Of a stretch of 28,442 bases of DNA, positions 1-9,985 are shown one piece after another. A program made the position numbers and the translations under genes. Position 1 is the stretch's first letter. Every line of letters begins with the position of its first letter. The stretch spans positions 1 through 28,442 of the forward strand of contig NW_021833566.1 of the NCBI RefSeq assembly GCF_006345805.1, in the 5' to 3' direction. Source of the stretch: Octopus sinensis (taxonomy: Eukaryota). The notes beneath the pieces were generated by a model. That model worked only from the letters and a program-made list of their open reading frames with translations, had not been told where the DNA came from and made no database searches.

Positions 1-160
1 CCTCTTCCCACCCTTTTTCTGTCTCTCTCGCGTTCCTTCCCTTTCTCTTTCACCCTCCCTTTCTCACTCCTTTCTTCCCTCCTCGCTTTCTCCACCCTTT
101 CTCACTCTATCCCTCTCTCTTTTTCTCTCCCTCTCTCTTTCACCTTTCCTCCCCATCAGT
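1..160. repeat. CT-rich low-complexity tract
   Basis: Almost pure pyrimidine degenerate (CT/CCT/CTT)n sequence. Confidence 0.9.
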
Positions 161-520
161 CTGTCCTACTCCAACTATCACATCCTAGGTGCTCACCAAG
201 AATGGCAAAAGGGCGTCTAAGACTACCTAAGACTACATCTGCACCTAAGACACTTAACGATATCATGTTACAACCTCGCATATCATACTCGCTTGAAGAG
301 TGACCGCCAAGCTTCGAACTCCCACTCGTGGTGCGTGGTTAATGTAGCATTAATGGTTTGTAGCTTTGTACATTGAGTGAAACTGTAAGGAATCGTTAAT
401 GTTACGAACCAATGGTTCCTCTAAGCTATGCGCTTAAGCAAGCGCACATACTTTGCTGCTAGAAATAGCAGCCTGGTGATCTACAAACCATCGAAATGCA
501 CATCATAAAAAGCTTACGCA

Positions 521-1175
521 GAAGGCCTGAAATTTGGGGGGAAATGCTGGAGGGGGGGGTAATATAGACCCCAGTGTTTAAGTGGTATTTATTTTATCGA
601 CCCCGAAAGGATGAAAGGCAAAGTTGACCTCGGTGAAATTTGAAGCCAGAGCGTAAAGACGGACGAAATGCGGTTAAGCAGTTTGTCCGGTGGGTTAACG
701 ATTCTACCGGTTCGCCGTCTTAACACACGTCATAAAAATAGTTTCAAATTTTAGCACAAGGCCATAAACTTCGGGGACGAATGTCAGTCGATTACATCGA
801 CTGGTACTGGTTCGGCTGTACTTATTTCATCGATTCCAAAATCGAACACGGTGCAATTTAAACTCAGAATGAAAATACGGACGAAATGTCGCTAAGCATT
901 TTATCCGGCACGCTAACCATTTTGCCAACTCACCGCTTTAACACATACCAAAATAATGATTCCAAATTTGGCGCGAGGCCAGCAGTCTCGAGGGAGGGGT
1001 TAAGTTCATTACATCGACTCCAGTCCTCAACTGATACTTATTTTATCGAACCCGACGAGATGAAGAACAAAGTCGACCTCGGCGGAATTTGAACACATGC
1101 CGTAAATACGGACGAAATGCCGCTAAGCATTTTGTCCGATGTACTAACTTACGATTCTGCTTGCTCGCTACCTTA
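521..1175 (-). mobile_element. Three head-to-tail copies of tRNA-derived SINE family A (521-721, 741-940, 958-1175)
   Basis: Each reads on the minus strand as a degenerate GGCGGCGAGCTGGCAGAATCGTTAGC head, a GAGTTCAAATT B-box-like motif and a GTCGATGTAATCGAC-type block (degenerate in the first copy). The GTCGACTTTGCCTTTCATCCTTTCGGGGTCGAT core is partly deleted in the middle copy. They align to many other copies in the window. Confidence 0.9.
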
Positions 1176-1474
1176 TCACACACCGTAATAATGAAAACAG
1201 AACCTGGACTAGAAGCGTTGTTTATTGAAGAGTCATCTAAATATAAATATTGTACAATTTATACACATCCCACATTGCAGTTTGTGAAATAAGATATTTC
1301 TAAAATAAACGGTTTTAGTTAAACAATATTAACTGAGAGGGACAACATACGTTGCAATGATGCACCCACATAAAACGCACCAAATGCAACATCAATCGTT
1401 CTGAAAATGAGAATAGATGTAACGGTAACAACTTCCAATTTTATCAAAGACTTTTTGCATTTAAATTCAGTATA

Positions 1475-1876
1475 GGCGCAGGAGTGGCTGTGTGGTAAGT
1501 AGCTTATTTACCAACCGCATGGTTCTGGGTTCGGTCCCACTGCGTGGCACCTTGGGCAACTGTCTTCTACTATAGCCTCGGGCCGACCAAAGCCTTGTGA
1601 GTGGATTTGGTAGACGGAAACTGAAAGAAGCCCGTCGTATATATATATATATATATATGTGCGTGCGTATATGTTTGGGTGTCTGTGTTTGTCCCCCTAG
1701 CATTGCTTGACAACCGATGCTGGTGTGTTTATGTCCTCGTCACTTAGCGGTTCGGCAAAAGAGACCGATAGAATAAGTACTAGGCTCACAAAGAATAAGT
1801 CCTGGGGTCGATTTGCTCGACTAAAGGCGGTGCTCCAGCGTGGCCGTAGTCAAATGACTGACACAAGTAAAAGAGT
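1475..1876 (+). mobile_element. Full-length tRNA-derived SINE family B (CORE-like; resembles Octopus OR-type SINEs)
   Basis: A-box TGGCTGTGTGG, B-box GGTTCGGTCCC, CORE-like GCACCTTGGGCAA.TGTCTT, internal (TA)n, and 3' end CAAGTAAAAGAG. Similar copies at 13969 and 27343. The family name is from memory. Confidence 0.9.
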
Positions 1877-1887
1877 ATATATATATA

Positions 1888-1918
<31 letters not shown>

Positions 1919-2010
1919 GAATGTGTGATGTGTGTGTGTATATATATATATGTATGTATATATATATGCATACTTATCTATGTATCTCTCTCTCTCTCTC
2001 TTTCTCTCTC
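1877..2010. repeat. Compound (TA)n/(TG)n/(TC)n microsatellite
   Basis: Direct reading. Confidence 0.95.
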
Positions 2011-2490
2011 TGTAACTATTGAGCATATACACCTTGCCATATTCAAAGGTATGCTCCTTTTTCTATTGGAAGGGTGGTAAGATCTAAAATCTAAATATTG
2101 ATGTACGTCTGTGTCCTTGCAATAGAGATCGCTTTGTAACCGTCTCATTTCCTTTAATTATCAAAATGTCCAGAAAATGAGAGTTCTCTTTCATTAATTT
2201 CAATAGTAAACTGGATCAATTCATGAAGGTTAATTAATTCAAGGAATCTTGAAAGGTCTTCCTAATTTTTTTCCAAAATATGAAGCAGTTATCCCAGAAT
2301 CTTTTCCAGTTTCCTATTAAATAGGTTTTGAAACAATGGTCAAAAGTAATTCTAAACAGAGTATAGATTTTTTTCTCTTCCACGTATCCCATTACGAGTG
2401 TCGCAAACGTTGGTGCGACTTTCGTCCTCATTTTTGTGCCTGGCATTTGTAGGTAATATTGGTTGTCAAATTGTGTGTGAGTGTTGTGAA
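2008..2490 (-). mobile_element. Decayed Penelope-like element (PLE) reverse transcriptase fragment
   Basis: ORF 2234-2509 gives QYYLQMPGTKMRTKVAPTFATLVMGYVE...WKRFWDNCFIFW (PLE G.AMG...AP..A.L.MG and WxRFxDD motifs). Hand translation across frameshifts continues NLHELIQFTIE / FLDILI / DLYCKDTDVHQYLDFRSYHPSNRKRSIPLNMARCICSIV, which is typical of the PLE RT palm/thumb. Confidence 0.9.
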
Positions 2491-2640
2491 GATCAAGTTG
2501 ATTTGGCAAAACTTGAAGTCCCTCTCAACATGATCTTCAAAGTAAGTTTGACTCTATTCCCTTTATAGAAACGCAGATATCGCTGCCCTTGGGCCAAAAT
2601 TTTCAATTATCATCATCGTCGTTGTCGTCGTTGTTGTTAT

Positions 2641-2830
2641 GGTGGCTAGCTGGCAGAATCGTGAGTATACCGGACAAAATGCTTAGCGGTATTTCATCCG
2701 TCTGCACGTTCTGAGTTCAAATTCGTCAAGATCGACTTTGCTTTTCATCCTTTCGGGAGTTGATATAATCGACTAGTCCTCTTCCCTCAAAATTTCAGGC
2801 CTTATGCCTTTAGTAGAAAGGATTATTATT

Positions 2831-2865
<35 letters not shown>

Positions 2866-2870
2866 TATTA
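2641..2870 (+). mobile_element. SINE family A copy with (ATT)n tail
   Basis: Head GGTGGCTAGCTGGCAGAATCG, core and tail CAGGCCTTATGCCTTTAGTAGAAAGGATT, followed by (ATT)n. Confidence 0.9.
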
Positions 2871-3049
2871 GAGCTGGCAGGATTGTTAGCACGCCGGGCA
2901 ACATGTTTAGCGGTATTTCGCCCGTTGCTACGTTCTGAGCTCAATTTCCGTCAAGGTTGACTTTGCCTTTCATCCTTTCGGGGTCGATTAATTAAGTACC
3001 AGTCAAGCACTGAGGTCGATCTAATCGACTGCCTCCCCTCTCCCAAAAT

Positions 3050-3735
3050 TCAGCTGAATCCATTGTGAGGATTGCCCCGCCACCCTCTTTTGGTCGGGAA
3101 GGGAAGGCTATTTTTATTTGTCTAGTGGCTGTAGTGAAAGAGGTGGCCGTTTGAAAGGGATAAAAACATACACTTTCCTTCTTGGCCAAGCCCTCATCAA
3201 CTTTTTCAAGTTTCATTTGAAAAGCAAGTTGTGAGTGGAGAGGGAAGTGTTGCCTTTTAGCAAGTTTGTTGAAAGGTGGGTGAATGTTGGAAGAGTAGCC
3301 AGTGTGAAAGGACCAATTCTGAGCGTGCACCTGTAAACAAAAGAAGGGCTCTTGCCCTGTTGTTCAGGCACCCGTGGCTTTTGTGGGGTTTTCCACGAGG
3401 TCCCTAAAGTGCTTCTCCAATTGAGAGTTTTAAATTGTTTAATTTTTTTATTATATTGTTTACACGTGGTAAAACCCATTGCATCGTCCTGTATTTGTCT
3501 TTTATGTCGTTGTATGTCTTCGCAAAGTCTTCGCTACATTTGCGGCACCTGTCAGAGGGAGTGTTTGTCCAGGATAGGACTACACAGCCACAGCAGGAAA
3601 TGTATCAGGACATGAAATGTAAAAACCGGACTAGACTACATTATGCGCAACTCCATTGTCTCCCAAGACAAAAAGGATGCCAACAATGTCATTTAGTGTA
3701 ATTTTATGCGAGCCCTTGTGGCCAATAAAAGGATT
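3050..3735 (+). mobile_element. 3' end of a Tx1/L1-clade LINE (ORF2 C-terminus + 3' UTR)
   Basis: Plus-strand translation AESIVRIAPPPSFGREGKAIFICLVAVVKEV...GQALINFFKFHLKSKL*VEREVLPFSKFVERWVNVGRVASVKGPILSVHL* (stop 3334-3336). Homologous to the 15621-16350 copy, which carries zf-RVT/CCHC motifs. AATAAA at 3724, then (TAC)n. Confidence 0.75.
3514..3686 (+). mobile_element. Short 3' fragment of an RTE-clade LINE inserted in the Tx1 3' UTR
   Basis: Encodes YICGTCQRECLSRIGLHSHSRKC* (the RTE C-terminal CxxC..SRIGL.SH motif) and ends CCATTGTCTCCCAAGACAAAAAGGATGCCAACAA, an RTE-type 3' end. Confidence 0.8.
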
Positions 3736-3746
3736 AATTACTACCA

Positions 3747-3785
<39 letters not shown>

Positions 3786-3985
3786 TTATCTCAAGCCTTG
3801 TGCCTATAGTAGAAAGGATTATTATCATCATCATCATAGGGGTGACTGGGTGGTATATATGCATGTATAATTGCTTTTATACACCTGAAACAATAAGAAG
3901 ACATAAACGCTCTGTAAGTTTTACCTGTAAACATATAAACATAGAAACGTGTAAACATAAACACAGTTACAACATCACACACACG

Positions 3986-4027
<42 letters not shown>

Positions 4028-4433
4028 ACACACACACACCTGATATAAATTATAGATTCATTATTCCAATTTTATGCATTCACATGCAATAATTCGTCTG
4101 TGAGAAATTTGTTGACTGATTAAAAGCGACGAATTACCTTCCACACTGGACTGGAACTTAAAGAAGCGCTTTTTAATTCCGATTCTGTTTTCCACCGCGT
4201 TTTATGTGTTGGCGCGCGACGCGTGCGATTAATGGCCTCGCATAAATATGGAAGTTGAAAGACGCAACTGGCTACGACTGTCTAACATCAATGTTAGGCG
4301 ACGCAGCTCATTGTATTAAATTAGAATTTTTATAATGAATTGGAAATCGCTTCCTTTGTGTTTTTTTATGTAAGAGTTAACAATTAATATTTATAGTTTT
4401 ACACGCGCACACTCTCTCGGACTCTGTCTCACC

Positions 4434-4435
<2 letters not shown>

Positions 4436-4490
<55 letters not shown>

Positions 4491-4872
4491 ACACACACAC
4501 AAACACACACGCAAACATACACACACACACACATATATATATCCTTATATACATATATGTTTGTATATATTGTATATTCCTAGGTAGTTTTAATGCGTAC
4601 ACATATACATGTGTGTGTGTATACATATACGTCTTTATATGTATGTATGTATATATTATATATATGTGTGTGTGTATATATGTGTGTGTGTGTATATATG
4701 TGTGTGTGTGTATATGTGTGTGTGTGTATATATGTGTGTGTGTGTATATATGTGTGTGTGTATATATATGTGTGTGTGTATATATATGTGTGTGTATATA
4801 TGTGTGTGTATATATATATGTGTGTATATATATGTGTGTGTATATATGTGTGTATATATATGTGTGTGTATA

Positions 4873-4905
<33 letters not shown>

Positions 4906-4917
4906 TGTGTGTGTATA

Positions 4918-4958
<41 letters not shown>

Positions 4959-5040
4959 ATATATATGTGTGTTATATATATGTATGTATATATATATATA
5001 TATACGCAAACGCATATTTATATACGTGTGTATGTGTGTG

Positions 5041-5087
<47 letters not shown>

Positions 5088-5239
5088 TTTTTCATATGTA
5101 TACATATGCAAGTATACATACAAGCAGAAAGAGAGAGAGAGAGAGAGAGAAACGGAGACAGAGAGAGATGAGAGAGAAAGATAGTAAGCGAGAAATATAC
5201 ATGACAGACAGATGGATATATATAGGGAGAGAGACAAAG

Positions 5240-5271
<32 letters not shown>

Positions 5272-5362
5272 CGGTAGATAGACAGACAGACAGACAGACA
5301 TATAGATAGATAGATAGATCGGTAGATAGACAGACAGACAGACAGACATATAGATAGATAGA
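4436..5362. repeat. Long compound microsatellite block: (TC)n, (CA)n, alternating (TG)n(TA)m, (GA)n, (AGAT)n/(AGAC)n
   Basis: Direct reading. Includes a duplicated AGAT/TCGGT/AGAC unit at ~5250-5360. Confidence 0.95.
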
Positions 5363-5624
5363 TTCAAACGAAATCCGTTTAATAGCCGCATCGTATGTGT
5401 ACGGCATGTGATGATACTGGGTTGTATTGCAATCCCAGGCTGCTCGGTAGCTAATTAGCTATTCACACGGCATATGATAATGATTTTTCTTTCGTCAAAC
5501 ATAAGGCAGTTTTTGTGACAAGGAGAGAGAGACAGAGAGAGAGTGTGTGTGTATGTGTGTTAGGTATTACTGGTACTGATGTGGAAGAAAACTACGCAAA
5601 CTGCTAAAAGCTAAACTGGGTGTC

Positions 5625-5850
5625 CCTGTGTAGTCGCTCGGCTTGTTAGACATAGCAACGAAATCTCCCTCAAAATCTATCCTACGGTCTTGTAAAAGGA
5701 GATCGTACGCGTTGGATGGTGGGGGTGTTATTTGGAGTCTGTGTCGGAAAAAATATGACTAGATGCTCATGGTTGAAATGTCTTTGATCGTAGACCTGTC
5801 TGCTTGATTGAGAATGACCATGGGTTAAACAACAACAGCAGCTACTACTA
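5625..5850 (+). repeat. Interspersed repeat (family D, possibly SINE-like) ending in (AAC)n
   Basis: Motif TTGTTAGACATAGCAACGAAATCTC matches CTGCTAGAAATAGCAGCC at 456-473 and minus-strand variants at ~8795-8810, ~9127-9143 and ~9195-9216. Ends GGGTTAAACAACAAC. Confidence 0.55.
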
Positions 5851-6066
5851 CAACAATGAGAAACGAAAATAAATAGCAGGAATAAGAAGAATAAACGAAA
5901 ACCTGAAAGAACGAGATGAGGAGAGAGAAGGAAGAAAGAATGGAAGAAGAAAAAGGAGAAAATGGAAAAATATAAGAAGCAATGAAAGACGAAAGAATGA
6001 AGGAAGAAAGGAAGGAAGGCAGGAAGAAATAAGGATAGACAGATTGATATATATATATAGAGAGAG

Positions 6067-6105
<39 letters not shown>

Positions 6106-6620
6106 GATAGATAGATAGATTGATATATAGAGATAGATAGATAGATTGATATATAGAGATAGATAGATAGATTGATATATAGAGATAGATAGACAGATTG
6201 ATATATAGAGATAGATAGATAGACAGATAGACACAGATAGATAGATAGATAGACACAGATAGATAGACAGACAGATAGATAGATAGACATAGGTAGGTAG
6301 GTAGATAGATAGATAGAGAAAAGGAGTGAAAAGCTAGAATTGTAAATGGAGTTGTAAAGCGAAAGAATTAGAGAGAGAAATATTGGAAAGGTAAATAGAA
6401 TGGAATAGTGAGAGAGTGGGAGGGAGAGAAAGGAAAGAAGGCGAGAAAGAGAGAAGAAATGGGAAAATGTAAGTCAGAGAGAGAGAGAGGGATTCACTGA
6501 GAGGGAGAGTGGAATAAGAGATAGACACAGAAAGAGAGAAAGGAAAGCAGACGACAGAAACAGAGAGAGACAATGCGAGAGATAGCGAAAAAGAGAGAGG
6601 GGGAGGAAGAGAGTGAGAGT
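5850..6620. repeat. Purine-rich low-complexity DNA with an (AGAT)n array and a 26-bp unit AGATTGATATATAGAGATAGATAGAT
   Basis: Direct reading. Confidence 0.9.
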
Positions 6621-6681
6621 TGTAGATTGTTCCAGATGATTGAGGTTAGGAAATAAGTAGAAACCTAAACAGGTAGACAGA

Positions 6682-7535
6682 CTGAGCGTTTGTGTGTGTG
6701 TGCGTGAGCGTTTGTATGTGTGTGCGTGAGCGTTTGTGTGTGTGTGCGTGAGCGTTTGTGTGTGTATGCGTGAGCGTTTGTGTGTGTGTGCGTGAGCGTT
6801 TGTGTGTGTGTGCGTGAGCGTTTGTATGTGTGAGCGTTTGTGTGTGTGTGCGTGAGCGTTTGTGTGTGTGTGCGTGAGCGTTTGTGTGTGTGTGCGTGAG
6901 CGTTTGTATGTGTGAGCGTTTTGTGTGCGTGAGCGTTTGTGTGTGTGTGCGTGAGCGTTGTGTGTGTGTGTGCGTGAGCGTTTGTGTGTGTTGCGTGAGC
7001 GTTTGTGTGGTGTGCGTGAGCGTTTGTGTGTGTGCGTGAGCGTTTGTGTGTGTGTGCGTGAGCGTTTGTGTGCGTGAGCGTTTGTGTGTGTGAGCGTTTG
7101 TGTGTGTGTGCGTGAGCGTTTGTGTGTGTGTGTGCGTGAGCGTTTGTGTGTGTGCGTGAGCGTTTGTGTGTGTGTGCGTGAGCGTTTGTGTGTGTGTGCG
7201 TGAGCGTTTGTATGTGTGAGCGTTTGTGTGTGTGTGCGTGAGCGTTTGTGTGTGTGTGCGTGAGTGTTTGTGTGTGTGTGCGTGAGCGTTTGTGTGTGTG
7301 TGCGTGAGCGTTTGTGTGTGTGTGCGTGAGCGTTTGTGTGTGTGTGCGTGAGCGTTTGTGTGTGTGCGTGAGCGTTTGTGTGTGTGTGCGTGAGCGTTTG
7401 TGTGTGTGTGCGTGAGCGTTTGTGTGTGTGTGCGTGAGCGTTTGTGTGTGTGTGCGTGAGCGTTTGTATGTGTGTGCGTGAGCGTTTGTATGTGTGAGCG
7501 TTTGTGTGTGTGTGCGTGAGCGTTTGTATGTGTGT
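6682..7535. repeat. Minisatellite, ~20-bp unit GCGTGAGCGTTT(GT)n, roughly 40-45 copies
   Basis: Near-invariant GAGCGTTT core separated by variable-length GT tracts. Confidence 0.95.
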
Positions 7536-8039
7536 GCGCGCATTAGCACGAACGTCTGTGTGTATTTTTCTCTCTGTGTGTATATGCATGTGTATGAGCA
7601 TGTATGTATGTGCATGTGTATTGGTACATTTGTTTACTTGTATGTGTTACTCTAAATGTGTGTGTGTGTGTATACACGTTTATATCTGACTGTGATCATA
7701 TGTAGTTATTTGTCTTCGTTTTAATTCTTTGAAATTTTTGCAGTAAAGTCGAGGGCTGGTCCCTGACTAAAGACCACAGTTCCATCATTGAAATTTAGCT
7801 AAAAACAAACATAGAAATTATCTAGCTTCATAGTCACCATGGCTTGTTCGGATTCCTAACGGAACACCGTATTCGATGACATGAAAGTCGTACGAGCATA
7901 TTTGTCGCATCCCAATTTCAGCAACGCATAATCACAAGTTCAAAAAATTGCTTTAAGTGAATTAAAGTTTATGGGAGCCCCAACTTCGCATATAGGATCC
8001 GGGGTAATTTTTTTGAAGCAGCTGCTTTTTATTGACCAT

Positions 8040-8602
8040 CAAATGCGGTAGATTTTTGTGTAGCAGTCTTCAAATGTGTTCCGCTCAATGCTTTTATTTC
8101 CTCTTGATTCCATGTCATCTCTGCCATTTTTGCTTCAACTTGTTCCAGTCTCAACCACGTGTCCTTCGAGTCACCTGCTTCTCTCTCCTTTTGAGTTCCA
8201 TTCTATGACTTGCCCATCATCCATGTTGGTATTCTTTAACACATGGCTGACTCAACACTCCTTACCTTTCTTATTTCCTTATTGCCCACAAGGGGCTAAA
8301 TATAGAGGGAACAAACAAGGACAGACAAACGGATTAAGTCGATTTTATCGACCCCAGTGCGTAACTGGTACTTAATTTATCGACTCCGAAAGGATGAAAG
8401 GTAAAGTCGACCTCAGCGGAATTTGAACTCAGAACGTAACGGCAGACGAAATACTGCTAAGTATTTCGCCCGACGTGCTAACGTTTCTGCCAACTCACCG
8501 CCTTCTGCCAACACTCTTTGGGTTTCGCTAGCTGATAGTCGATGGGGTCCTGCTTAATCTCAACCCAGAAAGCATTGTTTCTCATAATTTCTGGATGTCT
8601 AA
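8040..8602 (-). mobile_element. Decayed RTE-clade LINE ORF C-terminal fragment, interrupted by a SINE
   Basis: Minus-strand translation IRHPEIMRNNAFWVEIKQDPIDYQLAKPKECW | VSHVLK...QVIEWNSKGERSR*/KDTWLRLEQVEAKMAEMTWNQ matches the RTE pattern IRWPE.ISN..LW...Q.PI...I..RKW.WIGH.LR....WNP.G.R.RGRPK.TW. Confidence 0.75.
8261..8508 (-). mobile_element. Full-length SINE A, long-tail subfamily (A2), with 8-bp TSD
   Basis: Tail TTTAGCCCCTTGTGGGCAATAAGGAAAT. Flanked by CAACACTC at 8253-8260 and 8509-8516. Confidence 0.9.
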
Positions 8603-8650
8603 TCTTTTACTTGTTTCAGTCATTAACGCACATGAATGAAAACATATACT

Positions 8651-8710
8651 CTAACGGGAACTGATGAGGCAACGGAAATTATCGAAACTGACGCGTCAGT
8701 ATTAGGAATT
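8651..8710 (+). ncRNA. Hammerhead ribozyme-like motif (type I; weak stems I and II)
   Basis: CTGATGA (8661-8667), G..C short stem II, GAAA (8684-8687), palindromic stem III ACTGACGCGTCAGT (8687-8700), then A (GUA cleavage triplet). Confidence 0.5.
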
Positions 8711-8851
8711 CTCGACCGGCACATATTGGACGATACCCTATTAGAGTATATGTTCCTTTCATGTGCGTTAACTACAGCTTTAGAGCGGTTTAGCTCTTAT
8801 TTCTAGCAATGTAGGTTTTTCCCTAACATCTTAGTCACATTTAGTGACATT

Positions 8852-8882
<31 letters not shown>

Positions 8883-8964
8883 ATATATATATATATGGTG
8901 GTCTTCTTTCAGTTTCAGTCTACCAGATCTACTCACGAGGCTTTGAAGACACTTGCCCAAGGTG

Positions 8965-9365
8965 TCAGTTTCTGGAGCAGATCGAATAATTTGATCACCT
9001 TAGACTCTCTCTTATGGGATTATCAAGTCTGTTGTGTTAACATTAGGTTTGGAACTTTGTTAGGAATATTCCACAACTCCTCCTTGTGTTAGAACATGTG
9101 ATTCTGCTCAACCTTAGAAATATTTGGGTACTAATTCTAGCAGATCGAGTAATGCGACCACGTTAGATTATTCTTCATTGGATTGTCGCCGTAGATTTGG
9201 CTGCCATTTCTAGTAGACCGATGAATGCGACCACGTTAGACTCTCTCATTGGGTTGTCTAACCTGTCGTGTTAACATTAAGTGGGAAGTTTTGTTTGGGA
9301 TATTCCACACAAGTCCTCCCTGTGCTGGAACACGTGACTCAGCTGAACGTCAGAAATATTTTTAC
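8965..9365. repeat. Diverged local tandem duplication (~160-bp unit x2 plus a partial unit)
   Basis: TTAGACTCTCTC..GTGTTAACATTA..ATATTCCACA..TCCTCC..GAACA.GTGA..AGAAATATTT occurs at 9001-9125 and 9236-9363. A partial GCGACCACGTTAGA copy lies at ~9154. Confidence 0.8.
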
Positions 9366-9781
9366 ATCTGCCTTGCAGCGTTCCTTCCTACGTTCGGTCT
9401 TCACCATTGTTTCCGTAATTGCGTCATGTTTCAATGCGTGGCCAACACTTTGATGTTGTTGATCGTACGTGAAACATCTTCCATAGAAATGTCACATGAA
9501 GTTAAATCTTCAGCGCTATGTCTGTGTGCGTGTGTGTGTGTGTTTGTGTGTTTGTGAATGTGTGTGTGTGTTTGTGTGTTTGTGAATGTGTGTGTGTGTG
9601 TGTTTGTGTGCGCGTGTGTGTACGTGTGTGTGGGCATGTATGTTAGATAAATGCCATACACGAAACTTTCGGTCCTTGAGTGACTTTATGTAAATTTACA
9701 GCTGGTTAAATATAGATAGCTATATATACATACATTCATATATACATATACTATTATGCAGTGAGTTGTGTTTCTCCTATT

Positions 9782-9985
9782 TGGGTAATAAAGAAATAGG
9801 TATTTCGTCTGTCGCTACGTTCTGAGTTCAAATTCCGCCGAGGTCGACTTTGCCTTTCATCCTTTCGAGGTCGATTAAATAAGTACCAGTTACGCACTGG
9901 GGTCGATACAATCGACTTAATCCGTTTGTCTGTCCTTGTTTGTCTGTCTCTGTGTTTAGCCCCTTGTGGGTAGTAAAGAAATGGG
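9782..9985 (+). mobile_element. 5'-truncated composite SINE A2 (tail of one unit fused to the GGTATTTC site of the next)
   Basis: Begins GGGTAATAAAGAAATA|GGTATTTCGTCTG and ends GGGTAGTAAAGAAAT. TGGGTAAT on both sides may be a TSD. Confidence 0.85.

Larger units (their letters stand above)
2871..3837 (+). mobile_element. SINE family A copy split by a LINE insertion (body 2871-3053, tail resumes 3790-3837)
   Basis: The body ends CCCAAAATTCAG. The missing tail GCCTTGTGCCTATAGTAGAAAGGATTATT appears at ~3794; compare the intact copy at 2790-2825. Confidence 0.8.

Noticed and set aside
5408-5580. Possible C/D snoRNA (GTGATGA box)
   Set aside because: The nearest CTGA is ~165 nt away beyond a microsatellite, and there is no terminal stem.
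5756-5778. TGACTAGAT resembling the 5' end of miR-279
   Set aside because: Only 9 nt match, there is no precursor hairpin, and it lies inside an interspersed repeat.
6682-7535. CRISPR-like repeat/spacer pattern
   Set aside because: The 'spacers' are only GT runs, the unit is ~20 bp, the context is eukaryotic and there are no cas genes.
4593-7615. Long ORFs of 190-375 aa (CVYI-, LSIY- and HTQT-rich)
   Set aside because: Translations of stop-free microsatellites and the minisatellite, open in several frames at once.
9420-9515. CTGAAGA...GAAAC on the minus strand
   Set aside because: No closing stem II pair, stem III or NUH triplet in the right geometry.
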